A stretch of DNA of 60,906 nt from Utricularia gibba. Its lineage: Eukaryota > Plantae > Magnoliophyta. The stretch covers positions 1 through 60,906 of the forward strand of contig NEEC01000176.1 in assembly GCA_002189035.1 (NCBI GenBank), in the 5' to 3' direction. This document shows, one piece after another, positions 1 to 12,500 of the stretch. Both the position numbers and the translations under genes were made by a program. Below the pieces are notes generated by a model that worked only from the letters and a program-made list of their open reading frames with translations, searched no databases and had not been told where the DNA came from. Within the stretch, counting starts at the first letter, position 1; each line of letters opens with the position of its first letter.

Positions 1-313
1 TCGTGATGCATTTAATGAAGTTAGGATGTCATGAGCGCCCAAATGGTTTTCTCAACAACCTGATTTATATTTGACGAGGTGCTCTAGGCTGGCACTAGTA
101 TCGAGCAAATGGTCGAGTCGCGCTCTGGCCCATAGTCATTTGTAGCCCGGCCAAAAAAGTGATGCATTTATTAACGTTGGGTTTTCGGCGGCTGCCTACA
201 TGCTTTTTCAAGGAAAAGTTGTCGTTTTTTGGCGGGTGCTGTTGTTGGGAACTTCGTCCGGACCCAAGGTTCGGTCTGACTTCACAGCACAATAAGGTCC
301 CATTCGACGAAAA
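1..313 (+). repeat. Type A monomer (reference copy)
   Basis: Starts TCGTGATGCATTTAATGAAG, contains GGCACTAGTATCGAGC (SpeI) and ends GACTTCACAGCACAATAAGGTCCCATTCGACGAAAA. Confidence 0.95.
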
Positions 314-626
314 TCGTGATACCTTTATTGAAGTTAGGATCTCATGACCACCCCAAATGCTTTTTTCAACAGCATGCTATACACTTGAGAAGGCGCTTTT
401 GTGGGTCACCGATCGGGCCGGAATTCGGGTCGAGCTCGGGCCCAAAGTCAGCTGTAGCCCGACAAAAGAAGTGATGCATTTATTAACGTTGGGTTGTCGG
501 CGGCTGCCCACATGGTTTTTCAAGCAACAGCTTGCCGTTTTAAGGCGGGTGCTGTCGTTGGCAGCTTTGTAAGGGCCCAAGGTTTGGTCTGGCTCCTGAG
601 CCCAATCGGGTCCTACTCGATGAAAA
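314..626 (+). repeat. Type B monomer (reference copy)
   Basis: Starts TCGTGATACCTTTATTGAAG, contains GAATTC (421-426), GAGCTC (SacI, 432-437) and GGGCCC (438-443), and ends GGCTCCTGAGCCCAATCGGGTCCTACTCGATGAAAA. Confidence 0.95.
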
Positions 627-3600
627 TCGTGATGCATTTAATGAAGTTAGGATGTCATTGTGTGGTTTTCTCAACAACCTGATTTATATTTGACGAGGTG
701 CTCTAGGCTGGCACTAGTATCGAGCAAATGGTCGAGTCGCGCTCTGGCCCATAGTCATTTGTAGCCCGGCCAAAAAAGTGATGCATTTATTAACGTTGGG
801 TTTTCGGCGGCTGCCTACATGCTTTTTCAAGGAAAAGTTGTCGTTTTTTGGCGGGTGCTGTTGTTGGGAACTTCGTCCGGACCCAAGGTTCGGTCTGACT
901 TCACAGCACAATAAGGTCCCATTCGACGAAAATCGTGATACCTTTATTGAAGTTAGGATCTCATGACCACCCCAAATGCTTTTTTCAACAGCATGCTTTA
1001 AACTTGAGAAGGCGCTTTTGTGGGTCACCAGATCGGGCCGGAATTCGGGTCGAGCTCGGGCCCAAAGTCAGCTGTAGCCCGACAAAAGAAGTGATGCATT
1101 TATTAACGTTGGGTTGTCGGCGGCTGCCCACATGGTTTTTCAAGCAACAGCTTGCCGTTTTAAGGCGGGTGCTGTCGTTGGCAGCTTTGTAAGGGCCCAA
1201 GGTTTGGTCTGGCTCCTGAGCCCAATCGGGTCCTACTCGATGAAAATCGTGATGCATTTAATGAAGTTAGGATGTCATGAGCGCCCCAAATGGTTTTCTC
1301 AACAACCTGATTTATATTTGACGAGGTGCTCTAGGCTGGCACTAGTATCGAGCAAATGGTCGAGTCGCGCTCTGGCCCATAGTCATTTGTAGCCCGGCCA
1401 AAAAAGTGATGCATTTATTAACGTTGGGTTTTCGGCGGCTGCCTACATGCTTTTTCAAGGAAAAGTTGTCGTTTTTTGGCGGGTGCTGTTGTTGGGAACT
1501 TCGTCCGGACCCAAGGTTCGGTCTGACTTCACAGCACAATAAGGTCCCATTCGACGAAAATCGTGATACCTTTATTGAAGTTAGGATCTCATGACCACCC
1601 AAATGCTTTTTTCAACAGCATGCTATACACTTGAGAAGGCTTTTGTGGGTCACCGAGATCGGGCCGGGTCGGGCTCCCCAAAGTCAGCTGTAGCCCAAAA
1701 GAAGTGATGCATTTATTAACGTTGGGTTGTCGGCGGCTGCCCATGGTTTTTCAAGCAACAGCTTGCCGTTTTAAGGCGGGTGCTGTCGTTGGCAGCTTTG
1801 TAAGGGCCCAAGGTTTGGTCTGGCTCCTGAGCCCAATCGGGTCCTACTCGATGAAAATCGTGATGCATTTAATGAAGTTAGGATGTCATGAGCGCCCCAA
1901 ATGGTTTTCTCAACAACCTGATTTTATATTTGACGAGGTGCTCTAGGCTGGCACTAGTATCGAGCAAATGGTCGAGTCGCGCTCTGGCCCATAGTCATTT
2001 GTAGCCGGCCAAAAAAGTGATGCATTTATTAACGTTGGGTTTTCGGCGGCTGCCTACATGCTTTTTCAAGGAAAAGTTGTCGTTTTTTGGCGGGTGCTGT
2101 TGTTGGGAAACTTCGGACCCAAGGTTCGGTCTGACTTCACAGCACAATAAGGTCCCATTCGACGAAAATCGTGATACCTTTATTGAAGTTAGGATCTCAT
2201 GACCACCCCAAATGCTTTTTTCAACAGCATGCTATACACTTGAGAAGGCGCTTTTGTGGGTCACCGAGATCGGGCCGGAATTCGGGTCGAGCTCGGGCCC
2301 AAAGTCAGCTGTAGCCCGACAAAAGAAGTGATGCATTTATTAACGTTGGGTTGTCGGCGGCTGCCCACATGGTTTTTCAAGCAACAGCTTGCCGTTTTAA
2401 GGCGGGTGCTGTCGTTGGCAGCTTTGTAAGGGCCCAGGTTTGGTCTGGCTCCTGAGCCCAATCGGGTCCTACTCGATGAAAATCGTGATGCATTTAATGA
2501 AGTTAGGATGTCATGAGCGCCCCAAATGGTTTTCTCAACAACCTGATTTATATTTGACGAGGTGCTCTAGGCTGGCACTAGTATCGAGCAAATGGTCGAG
2601 TCGCGCTCTGGCCCATAGTCATTTGTAGCCCGGCCAAAAAAGTGATGCATTTATTAACGTTGGGTTTTCGGCGGCTGCCTACATGCTTTTTCAAGGAAAA
2701 GTTGTCGTTTTTTGGCGGGTGCTGTTGTTGGGAACTTCGTCCGGACCCAAGGTTCGGTCTGACTTCACAGCACAATAAGGTCCCATTCGACGAAAATCGT
2801 GATACCTTTATTGAAGTTAGGATCTCATGACCACCCCAAATGCTTTTTTCAACAGCATGCTATACACTTGAGAAGGCGCTTTTGTGGGTCACCGAGATCG
2901 GGCCGGAATTCGGGTCGAGCTCGGGCCAAAGTCAGCTGTAGCCCGACAAAAGAAGTGATGCATTTATTAACGTTGGGTTGTCGGCGGCTGCCCACATGGT
3001 TTTTCAAGCAACAGCTTGCCGTTTTAAGGCGGGTGCTGTCGTTGGCAGCTTTGTAAGGGCCCAAGGTTTGGTCTGGCTCCTGAGCCCAATCGGGTCCTAC
3101 TCGATGAAAATCGTGATGCATTTAATGAAGTTAGGATGTCATGAGCGCCCCAAATGGTTTTCTCAACAACCTGATTTATATTTGACGAGGTGCTCTAGGC
3201 TGGCACTAGTATCGAGCAAATGGTCGAGTCGCGCTCTGGCCCATAGTCATTTGTAGCCCGGCCAAAAAAGTGATGCATTTATTAACGTTGGGTTTTCGGC
3301 GGCTGCCTACATGCTTTTTCAAGGAAAAGTTGTCGTTTTTTGGCGGGTGCTGTTGTTGGGAACTTCGTCCGGACCCAAGGTTCGGTCTGACTTCACAGCA
3401 CAATAAGGTCCCATTCGACGAAAATCGTGATACCTTTATTGAAGTTAGGATCTCATGACCACCCAAATGCTTTTTTCAACAGCATGCTTTAAACTTGAGA
3501 AGGCGCTTTTGTGGGTCACCGAGATCGGGCCGGAATTCGGGTCGGCTCGGGCCAAAGTCAGCTGTAGCCCGACAAAAGAAGTGATGCATTTATTAACGTT

Positions 3601-5599
3601 GGGTTGTCGGCGGCTGCCCACATGGTTTTTCAAGCAACAGCTTGCCGTTTTAAGGCGGGTGCTGTCGTTGGCAGCTTTGTAAGGGCCCAAGGTTTGGTCT
3701 GGCTCCTGAGCCCAATCGGGTCCTACTCGATGAAAATCGTGATGCATTTAATGAAGTTAGGATGTCATGAGCCCCAAATGGTTTTCTCAACAACCTGATT
3801 TATATTTGACGAGGTGCTCTAGGCTGGCACTAGTATCGAGCAAATGGTCGAGTCGCGCTCTGGCCCATAGTCATTTGTAGCCCGGCCAAAAAAGTGATGC
3901 ATTTATTAACGTTGGGTTTTCGGCGGCTGCCTACATGCTTTTTCAAGGAAAAGTTGTCGTTTTTTGGCGGGTGCTGTTGTTGGGAACTTCGTCCGGACCC
4001 AAGGTTCGGTCTGACTTCACAGCACAATAAGGTCCCATTCGACGAAAATCGTGATACCTTTATTGAAGTTAGGATCTCATGACCACCCCAAATGCTTTTT
4101 TCAACAGCATGCTATACACTTGAGAAGCGCTTTTGTGGGTCACCGAGATCGGGCCGGAATTCGGGTCGGGCTCGGCCCAAAGTCAGCTGTAGCCCGAAAA
4201 GAAGTGATGCATTTATTAACGTTGGGTTGTCGGCGGCTGCCCATGGTTTTTCAAGCAACAGCTTGCCGTTTTAAGGCGGGTGCTGTCGTTGGCAGCTTTG
4301 TAAGGGCCCAAGGTTTGGTCTGGCTCCTGAGCCCAATCGGGTCCTACTCGATGAAAATCGTGATGCATTTAATGAAGTTAGGATGTCATGAGCGCCCCAA
4401 ATGGTTTTCTCAACAACCTGATTTATATTTGACGAGGTGCTCTAGGCTGGCACTAGTATCGAGCAAATGGTCGAGTCGCGCTCTGGCCCATAGTCATTTG
4501 TAGCCCGGCCAAAAAAGTGATGCATTTATTAACGTTGGGTTTTCGGCGGCTGCCTACATGCTTTTTCAAGGAAAAGTTGTCGTTTTTTGGCGGGTGCTGT
4601 TGTTGGGAACTTCGTCCGGACCCAAGGTTCGGTCTGACTTCACAGCACAATAAGGTCCCATTCGACGAAAATCGTGATACCTTTATTGAAGTTAGGATCT
4701 CATGACACCCCAAATGCTTTTTTCAACAGCATGCTATACACTTGAGAAGGCGCTTTTGTGGGTCACCGAGATCGGGCCGGAATTCGGGTCGAGCTCGGGC
4801 CCAAAGTCAGCTGTAGCCCGACAAAAGAAGTGATGCATTTATTAACGTTGGGTTGTCGGCGGCTGCCCACATGGTTTTTCAAGCAACAGCTTGCCGTTTT
4901 AAGGCGGGTGCTGTCGTTGGCAGCTTTGTAAGGGCCCAAGGTTTGGTCTGGCTCCTGAGCCCAATCGGGTCCTACTCGATGAAAATCGTGATGCATTTAA
5001 TGAAGTTAGGATGTCATGAGCGCCCCAAATGGTTTTCTCAACAACCTGATTTTTATTTGACGAGGTGCTCTAGCTGGCACTAGTATCGAGCAAATGGTCG
5101 AGTCGCGCTCTGGCCCATAGTCATTTGTAGCCCGGCCAAAAAAGTGATGCATTTATTAACGTTGGGTTTTCGGCGGCTGCCTACATGCTTTTTCAAGGAA
5201 AAGTTGTCGTTTTTTGGCGGGTGCTGTTGTTGGGAACTTCGTCCGGACCCAAGGTTCGGTCTGACTTCACAGCACAATAAGGTCCCATTCGACGAAAATC
5301 GTGATACCTTTATTGAAGTTAGGATCTCATGACCACCCCAAATGCTTTTTTCAACAGCATGCTATACACTTGAGAAGGCGCTTTTGTGGGTCACCGAGAT
5401 CGGGCCGGAATTCGGGTCGAGCTCGGGCCAAAGTCAGCTGTAGCCCGACAAAAGAAGTGATGCATTTATTAACGTTGGGTTGTCGGCGGCTGCCCACATG
5501 GTTTTTCAAGCAACAGCTTGCCGTTTTAAGGCGGGTGCTGTCGTTGGCAGCTTTGTAAGGGCCAAGGTTCGGTCTGGCTCCTATCGGGTCCGATGAAAA

Positions 5600-5743
5600 T
5601 CGTGATGCCCATGAGGGGGCGGATTATTCAATGATGCATTTATTAACACAAGCAACAGCTTGCCGTTTTAAGGCGGTGCTGTCGTTGGCAGCTTTGTAAT
5701 TTGGTCTGGCTCCTGAGCCCAATCGGGTCCTACTCGATGAAAA
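5600..5743 (+). repeat. Truncated, scrambled 144-bp C-like monomer
   Basis: TCGTGATGCCCATGAGGGGGCGGATTATTCAATGATGCATTTATTAACACAAGCAACAGC... lies between a B and an A. The preceding B carries the GGTTCGGTCTGG allele that normally precedes C. Confidence 0.7.
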
Positions 5744-8700
5744 TCGTGATGCATTTAATGAAGTTAGGATGTCATGAGCGCCCCAAATGGTTTTCTCAAC
5801 AACCTGATTTATATTTGACGAGGTGCTCTAGGCTGGCACTAGTATCGAGCAAATGGTCGAGTCGCGCTCTGGCCCATAGTCATTTGTAGCCCGGCCAAAA
5901 AAGTGATGCATTTATTAACGTTGGGTTTTCGGCGGCTGCCTACATGCTTTTTCAGGAAAAGTTGTCGTTTTTTGGCGGGTGCTGTTGTTGGGAACTTCGT
6001 CCGGACCCAAGGTTCGGTCTGACTTCACAGCACAATAAGGTCCCATTCGACGAAAATCGTGATACCTTTATTGAAGTTAGGATCTCATGACCACCCAAAT
6101 GCTTTTTTCAACAGCATGCTATACACTTGAGAAGGCGCTTTTGTGGGTCACCGAGATCGGGCCGGAATTCGGGTCGAGCTCGGCCAAAGTCAGCTGTAGC
6201 CCGACAAAAGAAGTGATGCATTTATTAACGTTGGGTTGTCGGCGGCTGCCCACATGGTTTTTCAAGCAACAGCTTGCCGTTTTAAGGCGGGTGCTGTCGT
6301 TGGCAGCTTTGTAAGGGCCCAAGGTTTGGTCTGGCTCCTGAGCCCAATCGGGTCCTACTCGATGAAAATCGTGATGCATTTAATGAAGTTAGGATGTCAT
6401 GAGCGCCCAAATGGTTTTCTCAACAACCTGATTTATATTTGACGAGGTGCTCTAGGCTGGCACTAGTATCGAGCAAATGGTCGAGTCGCGCTCTGGCCCA
6501 TAGTCATTTGTAGCCCGGCCAAAAAAGTGATGCATTTATTAACGTTGGGTTTTCGGCGGCTGCCTACATGCTTTTTCAAGGAAAAGTTGTCGTTTTTTGG
6601 CGGGTGCTGTTGTTGGGAACTTCGTCCGGACCCAAGGTTCGGTCTGACTTCACAGCACAATAAGGTCCCATTCGACGAAAATCGTGATACCTTTATTGAA
6701 GTTAGGATCTCATGACCACCCCAAATGCTTTTTCAACAGCATGCTATACACTTGAGAAGGCGCTTTTGTGGGTCACCGAGATCGGCCGGAATTCGGGTCG
6801 AGCTCGGGCCCAAAGTCAGCTGTAGCCCGACAAAAGAAGTGATGCATTTATTAACGTTGGGTTGTCGGCGGCTGCCCACATGGTTTTTCAAGCAACAGCT
6901 TGCCGTTTTAAGGCGGGTGCTGTCGTTGGCAGCTTTGTAAGGGCCCAAGGTTTGGTCTGGCTCCTGAGCCCAATCGGGTCCTACTCGATGAAAATCGTGA
7001 TGCATTTAATGAAGTTAGGATGTCATGAGCGCCCCAAATGGTTTTCTCAACAACCTGATTTTTATTCGACGAGGTGCTTTAGGCTGGCTCTAGTATCGAG
7101 CAAATGGTCGAGTCGCGCTCTGGCCCATAGTCATTTGTAGCCCGGCAAAAAAGTGATGCATTTATTAACGTTGGGTTTTCGGCGGCTGCCTACATGCTTT
7201 TTCAAGGAAAAGTTGTCGTTTTTTGGCGGGTGCTGTTGTTGGGAACTTCGTCCGGACCCAAGGTTCGGTCTGACTTCACAGCACAATAAGGTCCCATTCG
7301 ACGAAAATCGTGATACCTTTATTGTTAGGATCTCATGACCACCCAAATGCTTTTTTCAACAGCATGCTATACACTTGAGAAGGCGCTTTTGTGGGTCACC
7401 GAGATCGGGCCGGAATTCGGGTCGAGCTCGGGCCCAAAGTCAGCTGTAGCCCGACAAAAGAAGTGATGCATTTATTAACGTTGGGTTGTCGGCGGCTGCC
7501 CACATGGTTTTTCAAGCAACAGCTTGCCGTTTTAAGGCGGGTGCTGTCGTTGGCAGCTTTGTAAGGGCCCAAGGTTTGGTCTGGCTCCTGAGCCCAATCG
7601 GGTCCTACTCGATGAAAATCGTGATGCATTTAATGAAGTTAGGATGTCATGAGCGCCCCAAATGGTTTTCTCAACAACCTGATTTATATTTGACGAGGTG
7701 CTCTAGGCTGGCACTAGTATCGAGCAAATGGTCGAGTCGCGCTCTGGCCCATAGTCATTTGTAGCCCGGCCAAAAAAGTGATGCATTTATTAACGTTGGG
7801 TTTTCGGCGGCTGCCTACATGCTTTTTCAAGGAAAAGTTGTCGTTTTTTGGCGGGTGCTGTTGTTGGGAACTTCGTCCGGACCCAAGGTTCGGTCTGACT
7901 TCACAGCACAATAAGGTCCCATTCGACGAAAATCGTGATACCTTTATTGAAGTTAGGATCTCATGAACCCCAAATGCTTTTTTCAACAGCATGCTATACA
8001 CTTGAGAAGGCGCTTTTGTGGGTCACCGAGATCGGCCGGAATTCGGGTCGAGCTCGGGCCCAAAGTCAGCTGTAGCCCGACAAAAGAAGTGATGCATTTA
8101 TTAACGTTGGGTTGTCGGCGGCTGCCCACATGGTTTTTCAAGCAACAGCTTGCCGTTTTAAGGCGGGTGCTGTCGTTGGCAGCTTTGTAAGGGCCCAAGG
8201 TTTGGTCTGGCTCCTGAGCCCAATCGGGTCCTACTCGATGAAAATCGTGATGCATTTAATGAAGTTAGGATGTCATGAGCGCCCCAAATGGTTTTCTCAA
8301 CAACCTGATTTTTATTTGACGAGGTGCTCTAGGCTGGCACTAGTATCGAGCAAATGGTCGAGTCGCGCTCTGGCCCATAGTCATTTGTAGCCCGGCCAAA
8401 AAAGTGATGCATTTATTAACGTTGGGTTTTCGGCGGCTGCCTACATGCTTTTTCAAGGAAAAGTTGTCGTTTTTTGGCGGGTGCTGTTGTTGGGAACTTC
8501 GTCCGGACCCAAGGTTCGGTCTGACTTCACAGCACAATAAGGTCCCATTCGACGAAAATCGTGATACCTTTATTGAAGTTAGGATCTCATGACCACCCAA
8601 ATGCTTTTTTCAACAGCATGCTATACACTTGAGAAGGCGCTTTTGTGGGTCACCGAGATCGGGCCGGAATTCGGGTCGAGCTCGGGCCCAAAGTCAGCTG

Positions 8701-9502
8701 TAGCCCGACAAAAGAAGTGATGCATTTATTAACGTTGGGTTGTCGGCGGCTGCCCACATGGTTTTTCAAGCAACAGCTTGCCGTTTTAAGGCGGGTGCTG
8801 TCGTTGGCAGCTTTGTAAGGGCCCAAGGTTTGGTCTGGTCTGGCTCCTGAGCCCAATCGGGTCCTACTCGATGAAAATCGTGATGCATTTAATGAAGTTA
8901 GGATGTCATGAGCGCCCAAAATGGTTTTCTCAACAACCTGATTTTTTATTTGACGAGGTGCTCTAGCTGGCACTAGTATCGAGCAAATGGTCGAGTCGCG
9001 CTCTGGCCCATAGTCATTTGTAGCCCGGCAAAAAAGTGATGCATTTATTAACGTTGGGTTTTCGGCGGCTGCCTACATGCTTTTTCAAGGAAAAGTTGTC
9101 GTTTTTTGGCGGGTGCTGTTGTTGGGAACTTCGTCCGGACCCAAGGTTCGGTCTGACTTCACAGCACAATGGTCCCATTCGACGAAAATCGTGATACCTT
9201 TATTGAAGTTAGGATCTCATGACCGCCCAAATGCTTTTTTCAACAGCATGCTATACACTTGAGAAGGCGCTTTTGTGGGTCACCGAGATCGGGCCGGAAT
9301 TCGGGTCGAGCTCGGGCCCAAAGTCAGCTGTAGCCCGACAAAAGAAGTGATGCATTTATTAACGTTGGGTTGTCGGCGGCTGCCCACATGGTTTTTCAAG
9401 CAACAGCTTGCCGTTTTAAGGCGGGTGCTGTCGTTGGCAGCTTTGTAAGGGCCCAAGGTTCGGTCTGGTTCCTGAGCCCAATCGGGTCCTACTCGATGAA
9501 AA

Positions 9503-12500
9503 TCGTGATGCATTTGCTTTTGTTAGGATGTCATGAGAACCCCAATGGGTTTTCTCCACACTCTACTTTATATTTGAGAAGGCGCTCTCGGGGGGTTTTG
9601 GGATTGGGCAAGAGGTCGGGTCGGGCTCATGCCCATAGTCAGTTGTAGCCCGGAAAAAAGTGATGCATTTATTAACGTTGGGTTTTCGCGGCTGCCTAAA
9701 TGGTTTTTCAAGCAACAGCTTGCCGTTTTAAGGCGGGTGCTGTCGTTGGCAGCTTTGTAAGGGCCAAGGTTTGGTCTGGCTCCTGAGCCCAATCGGGTCC
9801 TACTCGATGAAAATCGTGATGCATTTAATGAAGTTAGGATGTCATGAGCGCCCCAAATGGTTTTCTCAAACCTGATTTTATTTGACGAGGTGCTTTAGCT
9901 GGCTAGTATCGAGCAAATGGTCGAGTCGCGCTCTGGCCCATAGTCATTTAGCCCGGCAAAAAAAAGTGATGCATTTATTAACGTTGGGTTTTCGGCGGCT
10001 GCCTACATGCTTTTTCAGGAAAAGTTGTCGTTTTTTGGCGGGTGCTGTTGTTGGGAACTTCGTCCGGACCAAGGTTCGGTCTGACTTCACAGCACAATAA
10101 GGTCCCATTCGACGAAAATCGTGATACCTTTATTGCTGTTAGGATCTCATGATTACCCCAAATGCTTTTTTCAACAGCATGCTATACACTTGAGAAGGCG
10201 CTTTTGTGGGTCACCGAGATCGGGCCGGAATTCGGGTCGAGCTCGGGCCCAAAGTCAGCTGTAGCCCGACAAAAGAAGTGATGCATTTATTAACGTTGGG
10301 TTGTCGGCGGCTGCCCACATGGTTTTTCAAGCAACAGCTTGCCGTTTTAAGGCGGGTGCTGTCGTTGGCAGCTTTGTAAGGGCCCAAGGTTCGGTCTGGC
10401 TCCTAAGCCCAATCGGGTCCTACTCGATGAAAATCGTGATGCATTTAATGAAGTTAGGATGTCATGAGCGCCCCAAATGGTTTTCTCAACAACCTGATTT
10501 TTATTTGACGAGGTGCTTTAAGCTGGCTCTAGTATCGAGCAAATGGTCGAGTCGCGCTCTGGCCCATAGTCATTTGTAGCCCGGCAAAAAAGTGATGCAT
10601 TTATTAACGTTGGGTTTTCGGCGGCTGCCTACATGCTTTTTCAAGGAAAAGTTGTCGTTTTTTGGCGGGTGCTGTTGTTGGGAACTTCGTCCGGACCCAA
10701 GGTTCGGTCTGACTTCACAGCACAATAGGTCCCATTCGACGAAAATCGTGATACCTTTATTGAAGTTAGGATCTCATGACCGCCCCAAATGCTTTTTTCA
10801 ACAGCATGCTATACACTTGAGAAGGCGCTTTTGTGGGTCACCGAGATCGGGCCGGAATTCGGGTCGAGCTCGGGCCCAAAGTCAGCTGTAGCCCGACAAA
10901 AGAAGTGATGCATTTATTAACGTTGGGTTGTCGGCGGCTGCCCACATGGTTTTTCAAGCAACAGCTTGCCGTTTTAAGGCGGGTGCTGTCGTTGGCAGCT
11001 TTGTAAGGGCCCATGGTTCGGTCTGGCCCAATCGGGTCCTACTCGATGAAAATCGTGATGCATTTGCTTTTGTTAGGATGTCATGAGAACCCCAATGGGT
11101 TTTCTCCACACTCTACTTTATATTTGAGAAGGCGCTCTCGGGGGGTTTGGGATTGGGGAGGTCGGGTCGGGCTCATGCCCATAGTCAGTTGTAGCCCGGA
11201 AAAAAGTGATGCATTTATTAACGTTGGGTTTTCGGCGGCTGCCTAAATGGTTTTTCAAGCAACAGCTTGCCGTTTTAAGGCGGGTGCTGTCGTTGGCAGC
11301 TTTGTAAGGGCCCAAGGTTTGGTCTGGCTCCTGAGCCCAATCGGGTCCTACTCGATGAAAATCGTGATGCATTTAATGAAGTTAGGATGTCATGAGCGCC
11401 CCAAATGGTTTTCTCAACAACCTGATTTTTATTCGACGAGGTGCTTTAGCTGGCACTAGTATCGAGCAAATGGTCGAGTCGCGCTCTGGCCCATAGTCAT
11501 TTGTAGCCCGGCCAAAAAAGTGATGCATTTATTAACGTTGGGTTTTCGGCGGCTGCCTACATGCTTTTTCAGGAAAAGTTGTCGTTTTTTGGCGGGTGCT
11601 GTTGTTGGGAACTTCGTCCGGACCCAAGGTTCGGTCTGACTTCACAGCACAATAAGGTCCCATTCGACGAAAATCGTGATACCTTTATTGCTGTTAGGAT
11701 CTCATGATTACCCCAAATGCTTTTTTCAACAGCATGCTATACACTTGAGAAGGCGCTTTTGTGGGTCACCGAGATCGGCCCGGAATTCGGGTCGAGCTCG
11801 GCCCAAAGTCAGCTGTAGCCCGACAAAAGAAGTGATGCATTTATTAACGTTGGGTTGTCGGCGGCTGCCCACATGGTTTTTCAAGCAACAGCTTGCCGTT
11901 TTAAGGCGGGTGCTGTCGTTGGCAGCTTTGTAAGGGCCCATGGTTCGGTCTGGTAAGCCCAATCGGGTCCTACTCGATGAAAATCGTGATGCATTTGCTT
12001 TTGTTAGGATGTCATGAGAACCCCAATGGGTTTTCTCCACACTCTACTTTATATTTGAGAAGGCGCTCTCGGGGGTTTTGGGATTGGGCTCGGGTCGGGC
12101 TCATGCCCATAGTCAGTTGTAGCCCGAAAAAAAGTGATGCATTTATTAACGTTGGGTTTCGGCGGCTGCCAATGGTTTTTCAAGCAACAGCTTGCCGTTT
12201 TAAGGCGGGTGCTGTCGTTGGCAGCTTTGTAAGGGCCCAAGGTTTGGTCTGGCTCCTGAGCCAATCGGGTCCTACTCGATGAAAATCGTGATGCATTTAA
12301 TGAAGTTAGGATGTCATGAGCGCCCCAAATGGTTTTCTCAACAACCTGATTTTTATTCGACGAGGTGCTTTAAGCTGGCTCTAGTATCGAGCAAATGGTC
12401 GAGTCGCGCTCTGGCCCATAGTCATTCGTAGCCCGGCAAAAAAAGTGATGCATTTATTAACGTTGGGTTTTCGGCGGCTGCCTACATGCTTTTTCAAGGA

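Larger units (their letters stand above)
1..9502 (+). repeat. (AB)n dimer domain, ~626-bp period, 15 dimers plus one truncated monomer
   Basis: Strict A/B alternation (A at 1, 627, 1247, 1858, 2483, 3111, 3737, 4358, 4986, 5744 ... 8878), interrupted once at 5600-5743. Confidence 0.95.

Noticed and set aside
295-313. CENP-B-box-like motif on the minus strand (TTCGTCGAATGGGA)
   Set aside because: It does not fit the spacing or core NTTCGNNNNANNCGGGN, so the resemblance is superficial.
421-443. EcoRI-SacI-ApaI cluster resembling a vector polylinker
   Set aside because: It is an integral, naturally varying part of B monomers (SacI is lost in B2 and D), with no vector sequence around it.
657-8841. 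Small private lesions (657-667 replacement, deletions near 1650-1700, 5-bp GGTCT duplication near 8832-8841)
   Set aside because: They are single-copy events not propagated to other monomers and cannot be told apart from consensus error without reads.
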